A stretch of DNA of 64,000 bases from Protoeuglena noctilucae (Eukaryota), in assembly GCA_958009085.1 (NCBI GenBank), contig OY253683.1:124001-188000 (forward strand), given 5' to 3'. The translations under genes and the position numbers were made by a program. Below, one piece after another: positions 1-11,956 of this stretch; position 1 is the first letter of the stretch; each line of letters opens with the position of its first letter. The notes beneath the pieces are model-generated. The model was not told the origin of the DNA, made no database searches, and saw nothing but the letters and a program-made list of their open reading frames with translations.

Positions 1-523
1 AGTATCCATTACCATGTTCAAGCCCTCCTTGATGAAGGCACAGGAAGCTCCTGGGGGAATAAAAACCCTCTTTGATGAAAGTTTTAGAAGCATATAGAAG
101 AGACAATGCCGGCTGCGTCGTAATCGAGCGGCTCCATCGCGGCTCAATCGCGGGCCGAGCTTTCTCGACGGCCCCGCCTCTGCCGCTCACGTTTGAGCCA
201 GCAGGTGACGTGATCCCACACATGGCGCAAAGAACGCGCCATTCTGAGCCAGTAACAGGGTGGCTTGGGCTCGAAGGGGGCTCGGGAGCCGCCGGGCAGC
301 CAACACGTCTTCAGCAGTTGAGGAGGGGTGCTGCTTAGTCCGTGGTGGCATCTGCGGCGACCGGAGGCCTCCACCGGCGCCTTCATAAGAATAATGTCGC
401 TTCGATGCACCCACATCTAAGGTCCCCCTTTCAAGTGGCGGTCTACAGCAGCGTTTCAGTCATTTTCCTACAAGCCAAGCCAGGGCGCTCCTCGCAACAT
501 CAAGCGAACTGACCGCCGTCAGC

Positions 524-3500
524 TCAGTCCAACCAGACTTGCTCGCCGCGCATGACGCTGAGGAGGGCGTGCACAAGGGTGTTCTTGAGGACGGGTTTGG
601 AGATGAACCCCGTCATCCCCGCCTCGCGGCAGGCCTTGCGGTCGCGCTCGCCGGCGTTGGCGGTCATGGCTAGGATGGGGAGGCCGATGCGCCTGTCGCG
701 GATGGCCCGCGTCGACTCGAGGCCGTTCATCTCGGGCATGAGCATGTCCATCAGCACGACGTCGAAGCCCGACGGGTTCCCGGCCACCATCTCCAGCGCC
801 TCGAGGCCGTTCTGGGCCACCTGCACCTGCACGTTCAGCTGCCGCAGGACCTTGCACGCCACCTTCTGGTTGATGTGGTTGTCCTCCACCTGCGGACCCA
901 AAAAGCATCGCCGATTCCCTCCAAACGCCGCTTTCTTTCACGCTACCGCGTTCTTCACGCCAGAACCAGTCGCAATGCTCGGCAGGTCACTCACGAGCAG
1001 CACGCGGACGCCCTCCAGCTTGTCCACGCCTCCCGCATCACCCGCGCTGGCCGGCCCCGCTCCTCCGCCGGTGTCTCGTGCAACCGACAGGCTCGACCGG
1101 CCCGGGCTCATCATGAGCGGCGACGCGGCGTAGAGCGACGGGCGCGGGGCCTCTTTGCCCGAAGACGCCGGGTCTTGCGGATGGGGCCCTGCCGCCCCAC
1201 CTGCTGCCCCACCTGCACACGCACTAGACGATCGCCCCGTGGGCTCCTCTGCGAAAAGAGGAGAGCCGTGCCGCGATTACCGAGTGCTGTGACTGGACAA
1301 CGCAGCGCAGTCGTTCCCTGCGACCAACCCAAGCATCACATGCGCACCTCGGCTGCTCCCTGCCGGCGTCCTCGACGCCCGCCACTCCGACAGCGCCTCC
1401 GCCAGACGCGCCGACGCCTGCCCCGCCCGCCCACCCGCCTCCCCTCGCGACCCTCCGCTGTCGTGGCTCCCTTGGGAACCCCCGCTTGACCCCACCCCCA
1501 CCGCCTCCGTGACGCGCCCGTCCTGCCCAGCGCCGCCCCCGCTCGCGCCCGTCCGCGTTCCAGAGCAAGACCCCTCAGATCGACTCACCCCCACCGGCAG
1601 CTGCCCGGGGGAGTAGAGCGCCGATGCCGCTTCGACCCCGCCGGTCCCAAACGCCCCGTGCCCCGTCAAGAAGCCCTCGTGCATGCTAATGCTCGCTTTG
1701 CCCTCGCGCGGGAGACCCTGTCCCTCCCCCGTGGCATCCCCGGCGCCCCACCCGCCCTGCCCAGACACATCCACGCTGTGTCGCCACCCGGACCCCCTGG
1801 CGCGGTCGAGAGACTCTAGCATTATCGACCCGTCCTGCTGCGCCGCGCGGGGTGCCGGGCTGGCTTCGGAGGGCCAAGGGCTGCGGCCCTGCGCCTGGGC
1901 AGGTGGGGGCGCAGGTGGGCCTGCCATGCTGTGGAGGTTGATGACGATACTGCGCGCGTCCCAGGGCAGGGGGCCCTCTAAGGAGACCCGATGCGTCGGC
2001 ACCGGCCCCTCCAATGACACCCGGTGCGCTTGGGCTGTGCCGTTTGCCACCCCCTCGCCCCTCCCCGCGCCCCACATGTCCCCCGCTTTGCGCTGCTGCT
2101 GCTTCTGCTGCTGCTGCGCGAGGATGCCCAGGTGCGCGGCGCGGAGGGACTCGGGCGCAACCATCCCGGCCACTCCCAGGGGCAGCAGGGCACCCGTGCC
2201 GTAAGGACCGGTGAAAGGGTCCACGCTGTCGGACCTCAGGTGGGTGGGCGTGAAGTCCTGGGGACGCGGCGGGCGGTCCACGAGGAGCGTCTCCCGCACG
2301 GCACGGTACTGCTCGAAGGTCCAGAGGGACGCGTGGCGCTCCGGGAGTATCAGAGGGATCGAAAACCAGAAGGTCGACCCGTCGCCCAAAAGCGAGTGCG
2401 CCCCGATGCAGCCGCCCAGGAAGGCCACTTGCTTGGAGCAGATCGAGAGGCCCAGGCCCGTGCCGCCCGTCGACCGCGGCCGCAGAGCCTCCTCCTGCAG
2501 GAGACGGCAGTCGCAGTGCAGTGGAGTGTGGCGGCACAGCACGGCAAGCACGACAGGCGCGTTTGGTGGTCCACGAGTCGCGCCGAGCGCCATGCGCAGC
2601 GTGCATTGCACCATCGTCCACACAACCAAAAGACGATCGGCGTTGCACCACACATGTCAGCATAGCAGCACGCATGTCAGCATAGCACCTCAGCATAGAA
2701 CCGCTTACCTCGGATCCCTGGACGAAGGCGTTGAAGAGGTTCTTGAGACCCCCAGGCGGGATGCCGACCCCCGTGTCGACGACCTCGAACACCAGCCAGT
2801 GCTTGGCGTCTTCGGAGTCCCTTGCAGCTGCCACCACCGACGCACGCATGGGGCCACCCTGGGCATCCTCCGGCGCAGTGGCCTTGCGAATCTCCAGGGA
2901 CCCTTTGCTGGACGACTCTGCGAGAGTGGCACGGCGAGCAAGCATGGACTGGTAGGGCAAGGGTGTGAGGTGGCAGAATGTATATGATACGACACCAGGC
3001 AAAGATTTCGGCAGCACACTGGGCAGCGGAGTGAACAGAGCGTGAGACGGCATCCGCCGCTGATATCGGCAAAGCTCAAGGCTGCGTGGGTGATTGGTCC
3101 TGAGTTGCCCCGCCCACCTGACACGCTGCGCCCCTTCCCGCCCTTGGCCGTGGCGCTCTCTGCGGCCGAGGGACTGTGCATGTCCGACGTCTCCGTGCGG
3201 TCCTCTGGCTCGTGCTCCACCACCTCGTCGATGCTCCTCATCTGCCCCGCACGGTCCCGGTACGTCCTGCCAGGAGAGCGCAAAGCACGATTCGGTACCC
3301 ACCACAATCACTCATCCCCATGGAATCTCTCAGGACTGTAAGTGCGCTTTGAAGAGCATGTCCGTAAAAGCATCTTCCATCAGTCCACACTGACGGCTCA
3401 TCTCGTGACTGTCATGTGACCGGCCATCACCGCGCCCACCTGTTACCAACACGCCGCCACCACGCCACCCCTGCGCTTACCTCCCCTGCTTCTGCATGAC

Positions 3501-6500
3501 CGGCACGTCCATGCTCTTGGCCATTCGCGGCTTGGGCGCGCCCCCCATGTCCTGGTAGGCACCTTTCCGTGGCAGGGAGAAGCTCTCTCGCGTCCGGCAG
3601 ATGTACGAGTGCCGCTGGTTGCGAACCACGTTGTAGCGCACAGGGAGGCGCCTGCGTGACAGGCGAACGAGTCGATGGGTGGTGCAGTGCCGCTGCATGC
3701 TCTTGCATGCTCGGTGAAAGCTCTGGTCTGCCATTGCCACACAACACAGCGTACCCAACACATGACGTGTGGCGGTGTGACGCACCGGTCTGCAGCGCGC
3801 TGCCTGTGGCTGGCCTCCTGCGGCGCCTCCTCCGGCGCATCGGCCTCGTCATCCGAGGAATCCCTCTCCTCGATGGCGTTCTCGGGAACCGGGTACTGCC
3901 CCTGCTTCATGATGGTCACGCGCACCGCAATGTAGCCCCTGCATGGCATAAAACGCGAGACGCTCATCTTGCGTGGTGAAGTGGAACAAGCCATGCTGAC
4001 CAGGCAGTGCTGTGTGACGCGGCTATCGATTGACAGCCTCGCCGGGTCCCTCTTTTGGTGTAACAGAAAGACACGGTCGCAGCGGCGGGGCAAGGCTCCC
4101 CGCTGCCCAACTCTGCCCTCCTCTTCCCCACCAACCCCGCTCTCCCAGCCCATCGTGCCACACCTCTTGGTGAACTTGGCCGCGTTGGTCATGAGGTTCA
4201 GGAGCACCCCCCTGACGCGGTCGGCATCGGCAAGCACGACCTCGGGAAGCCCGGCCATGTCGGGGGCCTTGAGGCGGCAGTCCCCCGTCTGGTCAATCTG
4301 CGATGTATGAAGCATGAGGGATTACACAGCGACATATAAAGCAGCCAGGTTGATATATATGCGACATGCGATGGGGACTGTCCACGCAAAAGCCCACGCA
4401 TCCTGAAAGCATGCAGGACAGGAGTGAGGCTGCAAGGTTCTCGCTACGTGACAAGGCGAGCAATCCGCTGCCGCTGCCCCCCACACCATCTCCTGGCTCT
4501 CTTGCCTCACTCACCATGGCGTGAATGGTCAGGTGGATGTCGTGCATTTTTATCTCATCTCATGGCTCATAGCTCACCATGGCGTGGATGATGAGGTGGA
4601 TGTCGTGCACCAGCTCCCGCAGGTTGACCTCCTGCCGCACCACGTCGAGCTGCTTCCCAGCCTCCAGTTTGAAATAGTCCAGGAAGTTGCTCACGGTCGA
4701 CAGCAGGATGGACCCGGAGACGCGGATCGTCGACGCCAGCTCGAACTGGTCGGGCGTCAGGGGCGAATCCAGGAGCATCTCTGCAGACGCCAGGCACCCG
4801 TTCAAAGGAGTGCGCACCTGCGTGGGAAGAGAGGCACAGCGTTGTGCATCTCGTTGCTTCCCACCTTTCCCAGCATAGCAACAAGGCTTTGCACCAAGGG
4901 CCTTGTATGTGTGACCAACACGCGGCTCATGGTCTCATTCGCGCGCCCCCCGGCCAGCTGGCTGGTCATGTGAAGCAGACCAGACAGAGAGAGATGCGCC
5001 TCGCCATGTGCCATGCTGCGTCACCTCGTGGCACATGAGGCTCATGAACTCTGACTTTGCCTCGTTGGATGCCTTCTCTCGCTCCATCATCACCAGGCGT
5101 GTCGCCGCCTCACGCTGCACCCGGCTCAGGTCCCTCTGGGCCTTGATGCGCTCCTGAGAAGGGCAGATTGAGAAAGCAGAGGATCACGACACGCTCATGC
5201 CCGGGCCGCGTGCAGAACGTGCTGTGGGTATCATCCGCATCGTGCTTTGTGCCTCGTGCGTAACGTGCTGGGGTGCCTCCCCTGCCATGAGAGCTTCTCA
5301 CCTTGGCCTGCATGAGCTCCCTGGCCGCCGCGTCCGCTGCTAACTTGTGGTTGGCGAACATCTGCCGACGGTACGTCTCAGCCAGATACGACATGAGGCA
5401 GCCGATGCTCCATGCCATCGCCACGTGCTCGCGGAGGTGGCGGGGGGCGCGGCCGTCCGCAGAGGCCATGCCGAGGGTCCCATTCGAGTGCCAGTAGAAG
5501 CTCAAGGCGGTGGGGACGGCGAGGCTTCGGACAGGGACAGGAACAGGCGCCGTGCTTGGCCGAGAACGTCATGCAGCACGTCCCATGCGCCTGACTCGGC
5601 CACTGCTTGCATGGGCTAGAAAACGGTCAGAGTTCTCACCAGATGGTCCCGAGCCACCACCGCACTTGCATGAAGGTCGAGATGCATATCAGGAAGAAGG
5701 CGAACAGCACGTAGTCCTCCGACTTGTCGGGGGGCAGGTTGCGCAGCATGAGGGTGATGGCCGTGGCCATCAGCACTGCGGGACGCGAGCAACACAACGC
5801 GTTCTCGCGACTGAGGCGGCTGTGATGGCGGCAAGGGACGCCTCAGTCACTGCGCCCACCTGTCAGGATGGCCTCTTCGTGACGAGCGATCTTGGTCTTG
5901 TAGCGCTTGGAGCACGAGTAGATGAGCAGGAGGACGACGTAGAGCACAATCATGTTGCCGAACTGCTTCGTGTATTCCAGCACGACGTCCAGGCGGGGCT
6001 TCAGCGGCCGCGCGAGCTTGTACACGAACCGGGACACGAAGGCGACCAGGTCGAACATGACGATGAACATGAGCACCGGCCACCGCCGCGCTGCCACCTC
6101 CGCCAGGTACTGGTCCTCCACGTCGCGGTCCCTGCGAGGCGGGGCCCGGCCGGTGAGAGCCCCAACGGTGCGCAGCGCTGTGTTGCACGCAGCGAGACGT
6201 AGCGCGCAGTTGCGCGGGGTGCTGTCTCAGCCGCGCACCTGAACGTCAGCGTGATGTTGTGTATGTGGATTGCCGCGGTGCTGGGGAGGAGGTCGCGTTG
6301 AATCTTGAGCTCGTCGAGCATATCCCCGTCTGCAAGGGCAGGGTCGCCGCGGCGTGTATAGGTGCCACGGAATGCGGGCGCAAGTCGCGCGCCAGCAGAC
6401 AAGTGTCATTCACTTAGCCAAGGACGCACCGCTGAGTCGGCCAGCGAGGGCGCCGAGCGCGACCTCTTCGCTCGGACGGATGGGGGGCCCCGAGGCCTGG

Positions 6501-6565
6501 GTGGACCTCCTGCGCGCTTCCTTGCTGCGTGCGTTGGAGGGGTCTTTCGTCGAAACCCATCGCAT
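524..6565 (-). CDS. Multi-exon hybrid histidine kinase: 6TM sensor, coiled coil, HisKA, HATPase_c, long linker, C-terminal receiver domain
   Basis: The spliced translation starts MRWVSTKDPS (ATG 6563-6565). It contains the H-box KSEFMSLMCHE|VRTPLNG, N-box DADRVRGVLLNLMTNAAKFT, G1 FEVVDTGVGIP and G2 TGGTGLGLSICSKQVAFLGG..GSTFWFSIPL. The receiver reads VLL|VEDNHINQKVA..VVLMDMLMPEMNG..AMTANA..FISKPV, with TGA at 524-526. Six hydrophobic segments lie at ~5350-6130. Confidence 0.92.
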
Positions 6566-7191
6566 GGACTAGAGAGGTAGACAAGTGAAGCAACGCGAGA
6601 CGCCGCGAGGAGCGCCAACGGATAGAAGGCACTTCGTTTCCGCGCGGCCAAAGGCTTTCGCGTCGTGCCATCCATACCCGTAGTTCCACAAGACCGAATC
6701 AAAGCTTCAGCAACGCGCTCAAGCAATACGGTCCATCGTGCCGCGCGGGCCGGCACATGACTGCCCGCGCACCTGTCGCGTTTGCGCCTCCCCGCGGGCG
6801 GGAGGCCGATTTCGTAATGCCGGGTGTCTTGTGCCCATGAAGCGCTGTTGTTTTTGCCGTTAACAGCCTTCACGCCGGTCCCCGCCTTCCCCGACCTCCC
6901 GGTCCCCGTCTCGAACCGCACCTCCAGCGGACTGCCGTCCCTGAAGTGAGCCCGCCCGCGCGGGCGTGGTGGCGACGACGGGAAAGCATCTTCCTCAGAG
7001 GATACCACCATCAGGCGCGTCGTCGTGCCCGCACCCTTCAACTGTGCACCGTGCCCGGCTAGACACGCCCACCGATCCACGCGGTGCGGCTCGGCACGAT
7101 CTGCGCGCCCACGGATGGCCTAAGAAGGCGCAGAAGTGAAGCATGCGATAGACGGGCTGCAGCGTCATGCAGCTGCAGCCGGCCCGCAGTG

Positions 7192-10100
7192 TCAGTCCCA
7201 CATCTTGATGGCGCCGTCCCATCCGCACGTGAACACGCGCGACGTGTACATCGGGTGCCACGTGACACCGATGCAGACGCCCTGGTGCGCCTTGATGGTC
7301 CTCGCTATTTTGCAGTTCTTCCAGTCCCAGAAAAAGACCCGGCCCTCGCCATCCCCGGAGCTCACGAACTTCCCGTCCGGCGAGCTGCTCACCTACAGAG
7401 AGCACGAATAAGAGCAAGAAGTCACGGCGGGTTAGGGGGCTCAGTGGCAGTCGCCCGCAAGGCCGACGTGAAACGCAGCGCCCGTACCGACGCAAGGCTG
7501 TCTGTTCACCTGGCAGGCATATCCGGCAGTCAGGTGGCCCGAGAAGGTCTTCTTCTTGAAGCGCGTGAACCGGTCCTTGGCTCCGTATGCCATCACCTCG
7601 TTGCTCTGCAGGAACGCCAGCGCAGCGACCGTTGCGCTGCTCCATGCACTGTCCACAAGCGATGAGCCAGGGGCTGGCAGGGCGCAGCGCGTGCCCGTGA
7701 GGTGCCCCGTCTCACCAGCGACTGCATGAGAACGTACTTGTCGTCAGGCCGCTTCGACACGTAAGGCATGGACTGCATGGATGGGTCCGCGATGTACTTG
7801 ATCGAGAAAGGGATACCGAAGTCCCACACGCGGATGCACTTGTCGTCCGACGTAGTGACGAACCTCCTGCAGACACGCGGGCGGGTGAGACGGGAGGGTT
7901 CCAAGTGCCATCTTGCCATCGCAGCGACATGGACCGCAGCCATAAGTCAGGCTTGCGAGCACAGGGGCGGCCCCAGTGATACACACGCACGCACGCACCG
8001 GTTGTCGTCCACGAACGTGACGGTGTTGACCGCCGCCTGGTGCTGGTCGTACTGCTGCACGATCTCCCCCGTGTTCATGTCCCACTGGTAGACCTGCAAG
8101 GCAGGTGCAGTGGTGAGTTCATGCTGTCGCAACACTTGACTATCAGCATCAACTTGTTACACCGCAGCGCAGGCAAGAGGCCTCACCTTGCGGTCCTGGC
8201 ACCCGGCCATGAGCACGTTCTGCTTGTCGTCATCCGGGTGCATCTTCCCACAAAAGAACATCTTGCCGATGTCCTTGCCGAACGTGCTGATGCACTTGCC
8301 GGACTCGGTGTCCCACAGTCGGATCGTCTTATCAAACGCCGTGGACAGGAACCGACGACCGTCGTTGGAGAACTGCGACGGTAACGACGGAGGGGCGGAT
8401 GAGCTCGTGCAGTCCGGCGCCACGCACCGGCCCCGCCTGCCGGTCCATAAAACCGCCCCGCATCTTGTGTGACCATTCGCGTCACTCACGTGGACCCCCC
8501 GGACACCCTTGTCGTGCCCCGCGTAGGTGCGCACGCATTTGAACCCGTGCGCGCCCTCCGTGTCCCATATCTTGACCTTGCCGTCCATGCCCGCCGAGAG
8601 CAGCAAGTGGCCCGTGTTGGGAATGAGCTCGATCGAAGCGACACCCTTGGCATGGCCGGCGTACTCGCGAATCACCTTCTGCACGGATGCCAACCAGACC
8701 CCGCATTGCTCGTCACCAAACCGAGCCCAGCAGAGACAGCCAGTGACACGCTACTCTTCACAGCCAGTCACCATCTGCTCATATGCACGCTAGTTCCATG
8801 AACAAACACCCTTCCGGCACGCCACACACCTTGGGCAAGTAGCACGACAGGTCTTCCTTCTTCAGGCTGGCCGGCGGCTCCACCCAGTCGCGGCCCTGGT
8901 AGTCCTTCCTCGATTTGAGATGGAAGAACGACTTCTCCCCCGTTGCTGACACTGCATGGCGCAGCCAATGACAGCCGGGTGAGTCGGCCACCGTGCCAGA
9001 ACGACACGCCAAGGCGCCACGACGAGCAAAGCACGAGTGATCAACCACACAACACCCATAAACACTCGCCTGTGACCTTGTCGTCCTCCCGCGCCTCCAC
9101 GCCGCCCTCCCCGGCACCCCCCTCCCCGTCGCCCCCAGCCCCCGCCTCCCCGGCCTCTTTCGGGGGCCCCGACAGCGCCCACTTGGCACGGTCCATCCAG
9201 GAGTGCCCCTCAGTCTTGAGCCGGAAAGGCATGCCCATCTGCGACGCGCCGACGATGCGCTTTGGAGACGATATATGAATGCCATCACGCCACCAGCGTC
9301 GCGTTCTCAACACGACCAACGCACCTCTGCCAGCGCCTGGGCTTCCCGTGCCAGCTCCTCCTCCTGTTGCTTCTCTAACTTCTTCTCCGCCGCCGTCTTG
9401 CGCCGCTTGGCCTGGGGCAGCGCGCCCTCGATCCCAGGCTTGGTCGGCACGTACCCCAGCGACACCGTGCCCTGCCCCTGCGGTGCTATCGCCGTGCCCA
9501 TCGTGTCGAACCGGTTGTACTGCTCCTCGAAAACAGATGGGTTCATGTGCGTGACCTGCACGATGCCCGTCCGGTGGTTTTTGGTCGAGATGGGGAGCAT
9601 GGGCACGGGAGTGACCTCCGGGCGTGCGGTGGGACCGACTTCTGCGGGCGCGCTCGCGAGAGGCGACGTTGCTCGCACATGTAATGCCGCTGAAATGCAC
9701 ATTGCTACGCGGAAAACTCGCTGGCGTCCAAAATGGCAACCGCGAGCGCGCAAAAGCTCCCCCCGTCCCCCACGGAGCCCGGCGGCGCCGGCAGCTTCAC
9801 CTGGCGCGTTCATGTCATCGTAAGACATGTTGTAGTACAGGGACCTCTTGGACAGGGCCGCGAGATCGCGGGTTTGTTCGACCGAGACCACCCTGCTCTC
9901 GTCCAGCGCGAGGCCGTTCGTCAACACCTTCGGAGCGGCTGCGATCACGAAGAAAGGGCTTGATGCTTGCGCGCGTTGGCAGCGCCTGGCCGCGCGGGGG
10001 AGCACGGGGCCCACAGCAGGCGAGCAAGTTGCCGCTCTCGCGGCCTTCGCCATCCGCCCTTCAGCTGGGAATGGCATCTCGTGCATGACCGCGCTCTCAA

Positions 10101-10205
10101 TCCATCCGTTCGCTGGTTACGCGGTGGCGCACCTTGGACCGCCATCGAAGGCGGCGGCAGCGAATCCGACTCGCTTCCGCTCCCATAGCCCGCCAGCGTG
10201 TCCAT
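7192..10205 (-). CDS. CDC40: Pre-mRNA-processing factor 17 (CDC40/PRP17), WD40-repeat protein; multi-exon
   Basis: Motifs include [92 protein letters not shown] and the C-terminal [14 protein letters not shown]. The likely start is [14 protein letters not shown]. Confidence 0.95.
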
Positions 10206-10571
10206 CGCGCCCCCAAGCGCCCCCCCTCCAATCCCAAATTCCTTGCCCTTCGCTCAGAATAGGTATCTGCGACTGTGGCCTCCGCGCCTCGCGAGGGAGC
10301 TCTGGCTGGCGCACCAAACCAACCAGCAGTTGTTGCGAGCGATCAGCGCGTGCACATGCGATTTGTTCTGCCCCGGGTCATGCGCTTTTGGCCCAGATTG
10401 CCAACGGGAGGTCCCAGATGGGCCAGGAGGGTGACAGGGAACAACCCTGGGTGCCAGAGGTGTGTCAACCCAGGGCCAGGGCCAGAAAACATGCATCAGA
10501 ATAGTACTGATGCAGTTGTCAGACTACAGCGTGTGTTCAAAAGTATCCCCCCAGCACGGGGACGTCTTGTC

Positions 10572-11649
10572 TCATACTCCCCTCGCACCCGCAGGCCTGC
10601 CGTACGCGATCAGCTTTGGCACGATTTCCACCACGAGGTCCGTCGGCAGCGCGAAATTTACACCGCTCCCGCCGCCCGTCCCCTTTCTCGTGAACGTGGC
10701 CGTGTTGATGCCCACGACCCTCCCCCCGCTGTCGATGAGGGCACCGCCCGAGTTCCCCGCGTCAATGCGCGCGTCCGTCTGGATGGCACCCGGGATGAGT
10801 TGGCCCGTGGGGCTCGGGATGGAGCGCCCCAGGCCACTCACCACCCCGGCGCTCAGCGTGTGCCGCAGCCCGCTCGGGTTGCCGAGCGCGTACACGGTCT
10901 GCCCGACGCGGATTGCCCCGCTCGTGGCGAAGCGTGGAGGCTTTAGGATGGATGGGTCCGCGTCCACCTTCAAGACCGCCAAGTCATTGGATGGGTCTGG
11001 AGGCGCAGGGGAGGAGGGGGCAGTCGGTGGCCCGCACCAACACCAAGGGAGGCACACGCTCTGTGCTCAGTGCGAGGCAAATACACGCACCGGTGCCGAC
11101 GATGGAGGCGATGAGCTCCAGGGTGTCGCCTGAGGGCGTCAGGATGCCCACGCGCGTCCCCTGCTGCCCGGTGCGGTCCGTCGCCAGGCGCTCGATGCAG
11201 TGGTAGTTCGTCACGACGTGCCCAGCGGTGTCCCACACGATCCCGGACCCCACGCCCTCCACGTCCTCTCCTCCCTTGCCATCCGAACGGAATTCTGGGA
11301 CCGGGGCAACGCGTCACGGCAGTGACTGTCCCTCTGCTGCGTGCCCCACCTCGCCAAAGCGTCAATTGCTGCTCCCGACAGGACCGTCACCTGTGATGGC
11401 GACAACACTGCGCTGCACGGCGCTGAAGACCCTCTCCGCCTCATCCTCGTCGACGATGACCGCCCCAGCGGGGAGGGGACGTGCGAGATGGACAGCGACG
11501 GGGATTCCAAGGCTCGCGGCGAGCAGCGACTCTCGCCGCCATGCGCAGAGAGCCTGGGAGCGCCCTCGGGGACCGGCCCCAGGGACAGCGCTGGGCCGGC
11601 GGGGCCGAAAGAGGGGAACGTGTGAAGCTGCTAAGCCCACACACGGCAT
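10572..11649 (-). CDS. DEG5: Deg/HtrA serine protease without a PDZ domain (Deg5-like), probably thylakoid lumen
   Basis: The catalytic triad motifs are VVTNYHCI, DPSNDLAVL and IQTDARIDAGNSGGAL. The protein ends right after the protease domain (LIAYGRP..). The N-terminus has RR-ESLLAASLG..LPAGA, which resembles a twin-arginine lumen signal. Confidence 0.85.
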
Positions 11650-11956
11650 CAGCGCGCTTCGGGCCAATTTTCGCAAGCTTGGACATCCGATGGATACGCT
11701 TGAGAATGTAATAGGCAGGCTCCTGATTGCATCGGCGACCTCTGGGCTTCAGGGCAGATGTTTCTGACGCGTCAAGTCGGGCTCGCGTCGGCGCGGATTT
11801 GACGCTAGCGACGCGTACACTCCTCGCATATATCCGGACTTGGGAGCTTCTCATCCCCTCTGACCCCGAAGTCAGCGAAGCTCGGTGGCCGTCCCCCGTT
11901 TCTCCGCGCCGGCCGCGTCTGCGCGTCTCTCGCAGGCGGCGACCGGTTGATCGAAC

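Noticed and set aside
524..6565. Bacterial origin or contamination for the histidine kinase, YqgF, Deg and MFS genes
   Set aside because: All have spliceosomal introns and sit among clearly eukaryotic genes. These families are normal in green lineages.
10446..10476. Small inverted repeat ccctgggt...acccaggg between Deg5 and CDC40
   Set aside because: An 8-bp stem is expected by chance in GC-rich DNA, and there are no other ncRNA features.
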